DNA from: a virus
IMG/VR virus record: IMGVR_UViG_3300005573_000054
Coordinates: 32,001-96,000 of that record
DNA: 64,000 nucleotides
Direction: 5' to 3' (one strand)
How positions within the stretch are numbered: the first letter of the stretch is position 1; every line of letters starts with the position of its first letter. A program made the position numbers and the translations under genes. Under the pieces are notes generated by a model. That model was not told the DNA's origin and ran no database searches. It worked only from the letters and a program-made list of their open reading frames with translations. Of the stretch, positions 19,594 through 28,452 are shown in pieces.

Positions 19594-20472
19594 ATGAATA
19601 TAAGAAACTATAATCTAAGCGACGAAGAAATTCTAGAATTACCTATTGAGAAACAACGTCTAGTTGCGTATGCCCAAGTTCAACGTGGGTGGACCACAGA
19701 AAACAAAACAATCCTCCAACTCTCTTTATACTGGGGACGAACAATAGCTCATGAACAAGCCAGACAAGGATGGACAACAGAAGATAAAGAAATACTTACA
19801 ACAGTAGATATTTTTGGAGAATATGTAGCTCATATTCAAGCGCAGAATGGCTGGGTTACGGAAGATCCAGAGATTCTTAAACTTGCTAACAAAGAAAAAC
19901 AAACAGTTGCTCATATTCAAGCAGAACAAGGATGGACAACAAATAACAAGGAAATTCTCAAACTTTGTAACTCTAGAAAATGGACTGTTGCCCATATTCA
20001 AGCTAGACGAGGATGGACAACTGAAGACATAGAAATCCTCAAGTTAACTAACAAGCTTGGTCAGTCCGTCGCTTTTTTCCAGGCAATGAATGGATGGACT
20101 ACAGAGAATCTAGAAATACTCAAACTTCACGATAAAAATGGGTGGACTGTTGCCCATGAACAAGCTAGACGTGGATGGACTACAGAAAATTTCAAGATTC
20201 TTAAACTAGCTGACAAAAATGGATGGACTGTTGCTCATGAACAAGCTAAGCGTGGATGGATTACAAGAGATTTAAGAGTTCTTACTATCAAAGATATGAG
20301 AAACAATACAGTAGCTGAAATACAAGCAAAACACTCTGGATGGACTCCTGATGATGAACTCGAGAAGAAGTTACTTCAAAAGCTTCGAAAACGTTCTGTA
20401 GAAGAAGCATCAAGAGTGTTGAAATCAATAAACGATTTATCTCTAGAGTTTTTTAGAAACGCCTTTAGATAG
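19594..20472 (+). CDS. Repeat protein 14 (divergent caps)
   Basis: Same 27-aa repeat. Confidence 0.88.
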   Translation: MNIRNYNLSDEEILELPIEKQRLVAYAQVQRGWTTENKTILQLSLYWGRTIAHEQARQGWTTEDKEILTTVDIFGEYVAHIQAQNGWVTEDPEILKLANKEKQTVAHIQAEQGWTTNNKEILKLCNSRKWTVAHIQARRGWTTEDIEILKLTNKLGQSVAFFQAMNGWTTENLEILKLHDKNGWTVAHEQARRGWTTENFKILKLADKNGWTVAHEQAKRGWITRDLRVLTIKDMRNNTVAEIQAKHSGWTPDDELEKKLLQKLRKRSVEEASRVLKSINDLSLEFFRNAFR

Positions 20473-20486
20473 TAAGGAGGTATAAA

Positions 20487-21335
20487 ATGGATGAAGATCG
20501 GTCTCAAATTCAAATTATGGAAAAGAAGTATCCTAAAAAGAAACTTCTAGAAATTGTTGATGAGACTCTGAAGAAAACTCTTGCACATGAGTTAGCCATC
20601 CAAGGAATGATTACAACTTCAAGAAAGATTTTACTTACCGCTGATAGAAATGGGAGAACTGTTGCCCATTATCAAGCTCTCTCTGGATATGTAGTTACAG
20701 AATCAGATATTTTAAAACTTGCTGATCTATGTGGAACGACGGTTGCACATCTACAGGCAAGTAAGGGATGGACTACAAAATCAAAAAAGATCTTAAAACT
20801 AGCTGATATAGATGGATGGTCAGTAGCTCATGAAATAGCTAGCAAAGGACACTTTTTTCCAGAAACTCAAAAGGAAGTTTTAAAAATCAGCGATATAAGC
20901 GGGTGGACTGTTGCCCATGAACAGGCAAGTAGAGGATGGATAACAAACGACAAGGAAATCCTCAGTCTTTCTACTCTTAGGGGATGGACTGTTGCTCATG
21001 AACAAGCAAAACATAAATGGACCACAGAAGATCCAGAGATACTAATGTTGAGAGATAAAGAGAAGTGGTCTGTGGCACATGAGCAAGCGTATCAAGGATG
21101 GACTACAAATGATATTAATATCCTTAAAATACGTGATGCTCTTGGAGTGTGTGTGTCTATGGTTCAGATCGAAGTTTCTGGGTGGATTTATCCTTCCAGT
21201 TTGGAAGAAAAGTTTTCCCGAGATTGTTTGTCTCTTATGAAGAAGATTTACACCAAAAAGGGTATTAATATGTTCCCGGAGGAGGAAAAAGATGGAAAGG
21301 AAGTTAAAACCAAGACAAGTAGTTTGCTCTTGTAA
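20487..21335 (+). CDS. Repeat protein 15 (most divergent in the array)
   Basis: GWTVAHEQA-type repeats, different termini. Confidence 0.85.
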   Translation: MDEDRSQIQIMEKKYPKKKLLEIVDETLKKTLAHELAIQGMITTSRKILLTADRNGRTVAHYQALSGYVVTESDILKLADLCGTTVAHLQASKGWTTKSKKILKLADIDGWSVAHEIASKGHFFPETQKEVLKISDISGWTVAHEQASRGWITNDKEILSLSTLRGWTVAHEQAKHKWTTEDPEILMLRDKEKWSVAHEQAYQGWTTNDINILKIRDALGVCVSMVQIEVSGWIYPSSLEEKFSRDCLSLMKKIYTKKGINMFPEEEKDGKEVKTKTSSLLL

Positions 21336-21609
21336 AAACTGTGGAGTAACATTTTCTTATGAAACAATATCAGGAACTCGTAGAAAATACTGTTCAGAAA
21401 AATGTAGAAAAGAGTCATTTGAAAGACGTCTTCAAAATAGAGTTTCCAGACCAAGAAAAAAGTCACTCGAGAACAAAAAAATATTTATCTGTCCTAAGTG
21501 TAGAAAGAAACATAATGATGGATACAAAGATTATAAAAACTCTTTAGAAAAACCTAAGTGGAAGTACTGTTATGAATGTAAAAGATTAGTCTCACAGTAT
21601 AACTTATGA
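21292..21609 (+). CDS. Small basic zinc-finger protein
   Basis: CKNC..YCSEKC, CPKC and CYEC motifs; GGAGG RBS. Confidence 0.75.
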   Translation: MERKLKPRQVVCSCKNCGVTFSYETISGTRRKYCSEKCRKESFERRLQNRVSRPRKKSLENKKIFICPKCRKKHNDGYKDYKNSLEKPKWKYCYECKRLVSQYNL

Positions 21610-21634
21610 AATAACTTTAAGAAAGGAGGTTAAG

Positions 21635-21952
21635 ATGTTCGAAAGCTTTGTAGAAGAGTTTGTTAAGAAACTCTGTGAAGTCATTCCTGGTCTTGCGTAT
21701 ACTTATGAAACATCAACCACGACTTACACTCTTAAACATAGTTCACGATCTCTTAAAGACGTCGATCCTGTATATAGCTTCATGCTAAGTTTTGTTTTAA
21801 AGAGATGTTTTCCTGAGGAATCTCATGTAAAAGTAGACGTGGATCACGAAATATACATCATAAATGAAGAAGTAAGAGAAATACTCAGTCTATGTGAAAA
21901 GTTACAAGTACAAGAAACCAAAAAAGAACAAACAAAGAGTAAGGAGACGTAA
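21635..21952 (+). CDS. Hypothetical protein
   Basis: AAAGGAGG RBS, 105 aa. Confidence 0.75.
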   Translation: MFESFVEEFVKKLCEVIPGLAYTYETSTTTYTLKHSSRSLKDVDPVYSFMLSFVLKRCFPEESHVKVDVDHEIYIINEEVREILSLCEKLQVQETKKEQTKSKET

Positions 21953-21974
21953 AACACTCGGGCGTGCCTCCACT

Positions 21975-22055
21975 CGTTGCACCTCCTTTCATGACTACTA
22001 ACATCTTCTTCTGAGTGGTAGATTGACCAAGATGTCACTACCACTCGATTTTCAT
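21975..22055 (+). ncRNA. Putative sRNA/terminator unit, copy 1 (anti-SD plus CAAGAU-loop hairpin)
   Basis: CGTTGCACCTCCTTT, then hairpin 22013-22046 and a T-rich tail; diverged duplicate at 22121. Confidence 0.5.
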
Positions 22056-22120
22056 ATCTCGAATAAAAATGAGCTGCCATAGGTTCCCCCACGACTTATG
22101 GTACCTGTCACACTTTTTTC

Positions 22121-22202
22121 CGTTGTACCTCCTTTGATGGTCTTAACGACTTCTCCAGAGTGGTGGATTGACCAAGATGTCACCACCACTCGTTTTTTTC
22201 AT
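22121..22202 (+). ncRNA. Putative sRNA/terminator unit, copy 2
   Basis: CGTTGTACCTCCTTT; hairpin 22158-22191 with a compensatory A-T to G-C change versus copy 1; T7 tail. Confidence 0.5.
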
Positions 22203-22235
22203 TTAAGGAAAACTTAAACGGTAAGGAGGACTTAA

Positions 22236-22604
22236 ATGGACAAATATAGAATATGGGACAAACATGAAAAGAGATGGCTTGTAAGAAATGCTACAATCTG
22301 GGACCTAGTTACTTTATTCCAAAATAACCCAGTGTTTACAGAACCTACTGAGTCGCTTAAGAAACGTCTAGTCTTTCAGAGGTCCACGAGAATCACAGAC
22401 TTGAAAAGAAGAGAAATCTTCGAAGGTGACATAATCAAAGATATGAGAGGTCAGAGGTGTGTGATCGTCTATGAATCAAGTATTGATCAAGCAGGTTTTG
22501 TAGCAGAGGAGATCTCGAAAAACACCGAGAAAACCAAACAGTGGTACTGGATGGGTCTGGTTATCGGAAACGTCTTTGAGAACGAGGAACTGCTCAAGCC
22601 GTGA
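22236..22604 (+). CDS. YopX-family phage protein
   Basis: YRIWDK, Q.ST..TD...EIFEGDII, VIGNVFENEELL. Confidence 0.85.
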   Translation: MDKYRIWDKHEKRWLVRNATIWDLVTLFQNNPVFTEPTESLKKRLVFQRSTRITDLKRREIFEGDIIKDMRGQRCVIVYESSIDQAGFVAEEISKNTEKTKQWYWMGLVIGNVFENEELLKP

Positions 22605-22622
22605 TGTGTATCATCTCCAGCA

Positions 22623-23172
22623 AGTGACTCACCACATAAAAAACGATACCGCAAAACTCCGCAGACGGTCTAGCGAGTTCTGAGATCACGTGGGCTATAT
22701 ATTTACATAGCGACGACAAAAAATGAATTTTTCACCCAAGACTTAAAACTCAACATTTAAAAACGACACCACTTCAGAAAGAGATTCTCGAGTAACTCGA
22801 GTTGCACTCCAGACACTTAAAACAAGTCAACCTCAAGACAACTCAAACCGTATACCAAAACACCAGTGACTCACCACATAAAAAACGATACCGCAAAACT
22901 CCGCAGACGGTCTAGCGAGTTCTGAGATCACGTGGGCTATATATTTACATAGCGACGACAAAAAATGAATTTTTTTACCTAAGCATCAACGTAGTTGTCC
23001 TGATATTCTGAGATTACAAGGGTAATATTCTCTCAAAGATGAGTCGAGAAGCAACAGAGGAACAAGAAGATCCAGTGATTCACCACATAAAAAACGATAC
23101 CGCAAAACTCCGCAGACGGTCTAGCGAGTTCTGAGATCACGTGGGCTATGTATTTACATAGCGACGACAAAA
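22623..23172. repeat. Three ~100-110-bp direct repeats separated by unique spacers
   Basis: Copies start at 22623, 22865 and 23074; partial copies at ~25273 and ~26103. Confidence 0.95.
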
Positions 23173-23307
23173 GAAGTTACAAATTTCCCATATAGGTCTA
23201 ACACAGACTCGATAGAACCCCAAGTCTACCATCACTGTATTTAATATACTATCCATATATTTATTTAGAAGAGTGATATATATCCGCGGGGAGAAAGCCC
23301 TCCTTTA

Positions 23308-23334
23308 AGCTACAACTCTTCCAGAGTTGTAGCT
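23308..23334. other. Perfect 12-bp hairpin preceded by CCTCCTTT
   Basis: AGCTACAACTCT-TCC-AGAGTTGTAGCT. Confidence 0.8.
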
Positions 23335-23410
23335 AATGTTATATAAATTATTATATAATCGTTATATAAGTTATCGTCATATAGACTACTATCCTGTAAT
23401 CTAGGAGATT

Positions 23411-23722
23411 GCTATCCCACAATATAAGAGATTGCTATATCCCAATATAAGCTATCGTTATACACTTCGATATAAGAAATCGCTATCCCACAATATAAGA
23501 GATTGCTATATCCCAATATAAGCTATCGTTATACACTTCGATATAAGAAATCGCTATCCCGCAATATAAGAGAGTGCTATATCCCAATATAAGCTATCGT
23601 TATACACTTCGATATAAGAAATCGCTATCCCGCAATATAAGAGAGTGCTATATCCCAATATAAGCTATCGTTATATACCTCGATATAAGAAATCGCTATC
23701 CCACAATATGAGAGACTGCTAT
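23411..23722. repeat. 71-bp tandem repeat, about 4.4 copies
   Basis: GCTATCCC.CAATATAAGAGA.TGCTATATCCC... units start at 23411, 23482, 23553, 23624 and 23695. Confidence 0.95.
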
Positions 23723-23744
23723 TATACGCTATTACTTATACGCA

Positions 23745-24550
23745 CTACTGCTATACAAGCTGCTGTTATAGAGACTACTGCTATATAAGCTGCTGCTATA
23801 TAATATAAGCCGCTGCTATATAATCGTCTATATAATGCGAGCTACTATTGTATAGACTGCTGCTATATAGACTGCTGCTTGTGTAATCCCTAAATATTAT
23901 CTAAAGATAATTTGGAGATGTGACATTAAGATTGCGAGAAGAAACCCTCTATTAGACAGCAGCTATATAAGCTGCTGCTGTATAAGTTGCTGTCATGACA
24001 TTATATCTTCATACTATTCCAAAAATATTCGAGAGTATTTGGAATTGACGACTATTATAGATTGCAGGGAAATCCCTTATTATGTAGTAGTTTGCATAAA
24101 CTGCTATTGTATGATCGTTTATATAATCGTCTATATAATGCGAGCTATCACTATATAAGCTGCTGCTATATATGCTACTGCGATTATATGCTATCGCCTA
24201 TATAAGCTGCTGCTATATATGCTACTGCTATATAATCGTCTATATAATGCGAGCCATCACTATATAAGCTACTGCTATATATGCTATCGCTTATATAAGC
24301 TGCTGCTATATATGCTATCGCCTATATAAGCTGCTGCTATAGAGACTACTGCTATATATGCTACTGCTTATATATGCTACTGCTATATAAGCTGCTGCTA
24401 TATATGCTACTGCTATATAATCGTCTATATAATGCGAGCTACTGCTATAGAGACTACTGTTATATAAGCTGCTGCTATATAAGCTGCTACTATATATGCT
24501 ACTGCTTATATAAGCTGCTGCTATACAGTATAAACTGCTGTTATATAGTT
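23745..24550. repeat. Mosaic short-repeat tract (GCTGCTGCTATATA / GCTACTGCTATA / TATAATCGTCTATATAATGCGAGC modules)
   Basis: Many interleaved 12-25-bp modules, followed by an AT-rich stretch at ~24580-24650. Confidence 0.9.
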
Positions 24551-24734
24551 ATCACATTATCGCTTTTCTATCTATCATTCCAAATATTATATTAATATTA
24601 GTATATAATTAATAACATGATAAAGAGCGATAATATTAATAACAAATAACAGTAGTTCACCCTACTATCTTTATTGCGGGTTCCCTGTAGGTTGTGCTGT
24701 AGGTTTACAGTTTCTCTTAGCGGACAATAATCTT

Positions 24735-25007
24735 TTAAAAGAGGGTAGAGCTCACCGTTACATCTTCTCCGTCGTCTATACCGGTCTCTAGAACATGCCC
24801 TCTCGGGGAGTGAATCCTCGTCGACTCTGAAGCAGGCCCGAGTGTGGTGACGATCAGGTCTTTCCTTATCATCTCTAAATATATCACTTTATATACGGAG
24901 TAGGGAAATGATGTTAGCAAAGATGTAAGCAGCACCAGTAGAGATGTAAGTGTACCATTCACCTTCCTCGATCTTGCTCTTTTTGACTTCGATTTCACTC
25001 TCTCCAA
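24735..25007 (-). CDS. Possible small minus-strand protein (basic N-terminus plus hydrophobic segment)
   Basis: Minus-strand AAAAAAGGAG upstream but poorly spaced; TTG or GTG start. Confidence 0.25.
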   Translation of the reverse strand: MERVKSKSKRARSRKVNGTLTSLLVLLTSLLTSFPYSVYKVIYLEMIRKDLIVTTLGPASESTRIHSPRGHVLETGIDDGEDVTVSSTLF

Positions 25008-25419
25008 TTCTCCTTTTTTAGGACTGTTCTAGCGGACACGTTTACAGCGCGACGTGAGGCGTCGTCAGACGCATGTAGACGTATGATCTTCAATTTTTAT
25101 TCTCTGATAGGGGTTGGATTGAGGACTTTTTAAGTTTTCGAGTGACTCAAGTTATATATCAACAGTGTCGAGAGAGACGATATTATCAAGTGACTCAAGT
25201 AAGTGTACTAGACGTTTAAGACAACTCGAGTTACGTGTGAGAGTACAAGGGAAAAGTTTGAGATTCACGATTTAAAAACGATACCGCAGAATTTCTGAGA
25301 CGGTCTCGCTGGTTCTAGGACTACAAGGGTAATTATTCTTCTATTAGAGTGGATCAAGAGTACAAGTTTCTTCATAAGTGGTTTATCTAAAAAAATTCCA
25401 AAACGAAGGAGGATTGGCT

Positions 25420-25938
25420 ATGAAAAGGGTTATCGTAGGTTTGGTAGTGGCTATGGTGTTAGGGGTTGCTTCTTTTAGTTGTGCTATCGAACCCGTATTT
25501 TTTGCAGGAACAGGGATACATCTTGGAGAGGCAACGAAGGAGCAGGTTCTTAAACAGGTCAGGAAAGAATCACCGAGAAGTAGAATACAATGTAAACGGG
25601 TAGATTCTTCTGATGTTGAGATTTGTAGTGTGAACGATTTTATTTGGAGGAAGTCTCGTCTTGAGGTGAAGTTTAAGTCAGGTCGTCTTGCTCATACTCA
25701 GTCTTTTATTGCTGATTTACCGAGAAAAGATGTCGATAAGATTTTCGATATTTTGAAAAACGTCTTTAAAGACCCTGATGAAGTTACTACAGAAAAGAGA
25801 CCTATGTTGAATGTTATCACGTGTAGGTGGTATCTGGAGAAGTATGATACGTTGATACAGTTTTTGACAACTGAACCTCATTCAGGGACAATAGCTATAT
25901 CTTATACGTATTTGCCTTTAAGTGAAGATCAAGAGTAG
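25420..25938 (+). CDS. Exported protein with signal peptide, paralog A
   Basis: MKRVIVGLVVAMVLGVASFSCA; AAGGAGG RBS before ATG 25420. Confidence 0.85.
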   Translation: MKRVIVGLVVAMVLGVASFSCAIEPVFFAGTGIHLGEATKEQVLKQVRKESPRSRIQCKRVDSSDVEICSVNDFIWRKSRLEVKFKSGRLAHTQSFIADLPRKDVDKIFDILKNVFKDPDEVTTEKRPMLNVITCRWYLEKYDTLIQFLTTEPHSGTIAISYTYLPLSEDQE

Positions 25939-25963
25939 TTGAGATGTGACTAACTAAATTCCT

Positions 25964-26000
25964 ATTTTTGAAGGAATAGATCATCTATTCCTTCAAAAAT
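25964..26000. other. Perfect palindrome with 18-bp arms (bidirectional terminator or operator)
   Basis: ATTTTTGAAGGAATAGAT-C-ATCTATTCCTTCAAAAAT. Confidence 0.85.
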
Positions 26001-26232
26001 GTAACCGTAAGATTTCTGAGGCCGAGAGAGTTTATAATGTGATTCGAGTGACTCAAGTTGTGTATCAAGGATACAAGAAAAAAATCAGAGACTCACTGTC
26101 CTAAAAACGATACCGCAAAACTCCGCAGACGGTCTAGCGAGTTCTGAGACTACAAGGGCAATAACTTTATATTCGCTGATTAAAACTGGAAACTTTACAC
26201 AGATTCCAACTTAAACTAAAGGAGGATTGATT

Positions 26233-26757
26233 ATGAAGAAGATTATTATGAGTTTGATAGTGGTTATAGTATTAGGGGTTGCTTCTTTTAGTTGTGCTAT
26301 CGAACCCCTATTTTTGATGGAATCAGGAACTCACTTTGGAGAAGCTACAAAAGAGCAGGTTTTAAAACAACTTAAGAAACATTCTCCGAGATGTAGAATT
26401 GAATGTCCTAAACGGGTGGGTTCTTCCAGTATGGAAGTTTGTAACGCAAGTGGTTTTCCCTGGAAAGGATCAGAGTTTGAGGTGAAGTTTAAGTCGGGGC
26501 GTCTCGCATATACTCAGAACCTTGTTACTCAAGTTGCAGAAAAAGACATTGAGTTAATCATTGCTGTTATTTCTAAACAACTGGGAGATCCTGTGCAAAT
26601 CACTAAGGATAGAAAGCCTATGTTAGACGTTATTACTTATGTGTGGTTTTCTGAAGAAGATGGTATAGTAGTTCAGCTTTTGAGAACAAGTCCTCACACA
26701 GAGACAGTGGCTGTAGTCTATACATACTTACCTCTAATGAGTGAAGAGGACAGATAA
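26233..26757 (+). CDS. Exported protein with signal peptide, paralog B
   Basis: Shares VLGVASFSCAIEP, GEATKEQVLKQ, EVKFKSGRLA and YTYLPL with paralog A. Confidence 0.85.
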   Translation: MKKIIMSLIVVIVLGVASFSCAIEPLFLMESGTHFGEATKEQVLKQLKKHSPRCRIECPKRVGSSSMEVCNASGFPWKGSEFEVKFKSGRLAYTQNLVTQVAEKDIELIIAVISKQLGDPVQITKDRKPMLDVITYVWFSEEDGIVVQLLRTSPHTETVAVVYTYLPLMSEEDR

Positions 26758-26780
26758 AACTAAAAAACAGAGGCCATTTG

Positions 26781-27665
26781 ATGAACGTTGAAGTAAAGTT
26801 TAGAAGGGAAAATCCAGTTTTTCGAGCTAGTTACAAGAGTAATAATCAAGGAAAGAAACGCTTGACTATACAAGAGATTCTATCAAGGATCCAAAAACAG
26901 GAATTCTTTGAAGACGAAGAGTATCTGAAGGTAAGATTCAAAGGAAAAGGTGGATGGACTGTCGCTCATGAACAAGCTAGACGGCATTGGAAACCTGAAA
27001 ATTCTCTTCCAAAACACATTCTTGAAATGAGAACACAGTCTGGATGGACAGTGGCTCATCAGATGGCTCGAGCAGGACTTTTTACAAACGACAAGGAAGT
27101 TCTTCTACTTCGTGATAAAAGCAATAATACAGTTGCTCATGTACAAGCTGGTCGTGGGTGGATTACAGAAGATCCAGAGATTCTCAGACTTGCTGATAAG
27201 AGTGGATGGACTGTTGCCCATGAGCAAGTAGAACAAGGATGGATAACAGAAAACAAGGAGGTACTCAAGTTACGTGATAAGTATGGATGGACCGTCGCCC
27301 ATAGACAAGCAAGGTATGGGTGGACGACAAATGACAAAGAGATACTCAGATTATATAACGAGGATGGATGGACTGTCGCTCATGAACAAGTTAGACGGGG
27401 ATGGATAACTGAAGACAAGGAGGTGCTCATGTTGCGTGATATCTATGGTTGGACTGTAGCTCATGAACAAGCAAAATTTGGATGGGTAACTGGAGATAAA
27501 GAAATTCTTAGACTGTCTGATAATACCGGATGGACTGTTGCTCACGTCCAGGCGGAGTCTGGGTGGATGACAGATGACTCTGAGATACTAAATCTTTCCG
27601 ACAAGGACGGAACTACTGTCTCTGAAGTTATAGATAGATTTGTCGCAAAGACGCTATCGTTTTGA
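26781..27665 (+). CDS. Repeat protein 16 (orphan copy outside the array)
   Basis: GWTVAHEQ..GWITEDKE repeats, FFED N-cap. Confidence 0.88.
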   Translation: MNVEVKFRRENPVFRASYKSNNQGKKRLTIQEILSRIQKQEFFEDEEYLKVRFKGKGGWTVAHEQARRHWKPENSLPKHILEMRTQSGWTVAHQMARAGLFTNDKEVLLLRDKSNNTVAHVQAGRGWITEDPEILRLADKSGWTVAHEQVEQGWITENKEVLKLRDKYGWTVAHRQARYGWTTNDKEILRLYNEDGWTVAHEQVRRGWITEDKEVLMLRDIYGWTVAHEQAKFGWVTGDKEILRLSDNTGWTVAHVQAESGWMTDDSEILNLSDKDGTTVSEVIDRFVAKTLSF

Positions 27666-27694
27666 GAGATTGATCAAAGGGAGATAAGACTTCA

Positions 27695-28123
27695 ATGAAA
27701 TACTATGGTACAAGATTTATCTTCAAGTTTATCCCTGTTCCTGTGTTTATAACTAACAAGTTAAGACACAAGCAATTTCAAGGTGAAAGTTGGGTGTTTT
27801 TTGTCCTTATTAGGCCTTCAGTGCTTGAACAACATAGAGAACCTCTTATCACACATGAGCTTACTCATTGTAAATAAGCCTGGAAGTATGGAATCATTCC
27901 TTTTAAACTATTATACTGGTATTCGTCGAAATGGAGACTTAAATTTGAAATTGAAGGGTATACTACTCAATTAGTTGCTCTTTCTTTAGATGTCAGTCTA
28001 AGAAAACTAGCAATACAAGAAATGGTAAAAAGTATGTATGAGAAGTATGATCTTGGAATGTCTTATGAGGAAATTTACGATAAGTTTACTCAATACTTAA
28101 GAGAAAGAAACATTGAATTTTGA
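27695..28123 (+). pseudogene. HExxH metallopeptidase-like gene with an in-frame TAA at 27875-27877
   Basis: HELTHCK*AWKYGIIPFKLLYWYSSKWRLKFEIEGY... stays in frame to TGA 28123 and supplies the expected downstream Glu motif. Confidence 0.75.
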
Positions 28124-28167
28124 TTTACATGTGACTTTATAATTACACACATAGAGGAGGTTTACTC

Positions 28168-28452
28168 ATGAAGCTTAGTAGATTGGAACTTTTTTTCTTG
28201 AAGTCTTTTTCAAAAAACGTTAATATTTTTATTCCAAAAAACAACTCAATGGAGTGGAAAGTGATTTCTTTCGAACCAACTATTATAGGAAAAGATCCTG
28301 AGAATGAAGAGGCTTTTAGGAAGTCTCGGAGCTTGATTAACGATATGATTAGAACATATCTTGAGACGAATTCTGAGTACTCGACTCAAGAACTAAGAAA
28401 CTTTCTTTCAGAAGAGATAAAGAAGTTGGAGAAAGGAGAACAAACCCGATGA
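28168..28452 (+). CDS. Hypothetical protein
   Basis: GAGGAGG RBS; ATGA overlap with the next gene. Confidence 0.75.
   Translation: MKLSRLELFFLKSFSKNVNIFIPKNNSMEWKVISFEPTIIGKDPENEEAFRKSRSLINDMIRTYLETNSEYSTQELRNFLSEEIKKLEKGEQTR

Noticed and set aside
8507-20472. Many minus-strand and alternate-frame ORFs over the repeat genes (e.g. 16692-17375)
   Set aside because: They are shadows of the 81-bp periodic sense genes and lack RBSs
8507-21335. Diversity-generating retroelement as the source of variation
   Set aside because: No reverse transcriptase or non-coding template repeat in the window, and substitutions are not confined to adenines; many variable codons are NNY, so a genome-wide RT search is still worthwhile
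21902-21973. Minus-strand 23-aa hydrophobic peptide (type I toxin-like) with a good RBS
   Set aside because: Hydrophobicity derives from the antisense of an A-rich coding tail, and the duplicate unit has no equivalent ORF; not fully excluded
22623-23722. CRISPR array
   Set aside because: Repeats are ~110 bp with uneven long spacers, or 71-bp tandem units without spacers; no cas genes
24374-24595. 73-aa ORF rich in Y, C and L
   Set aside because: Translation of the low-complexity repeat tract; no RBS
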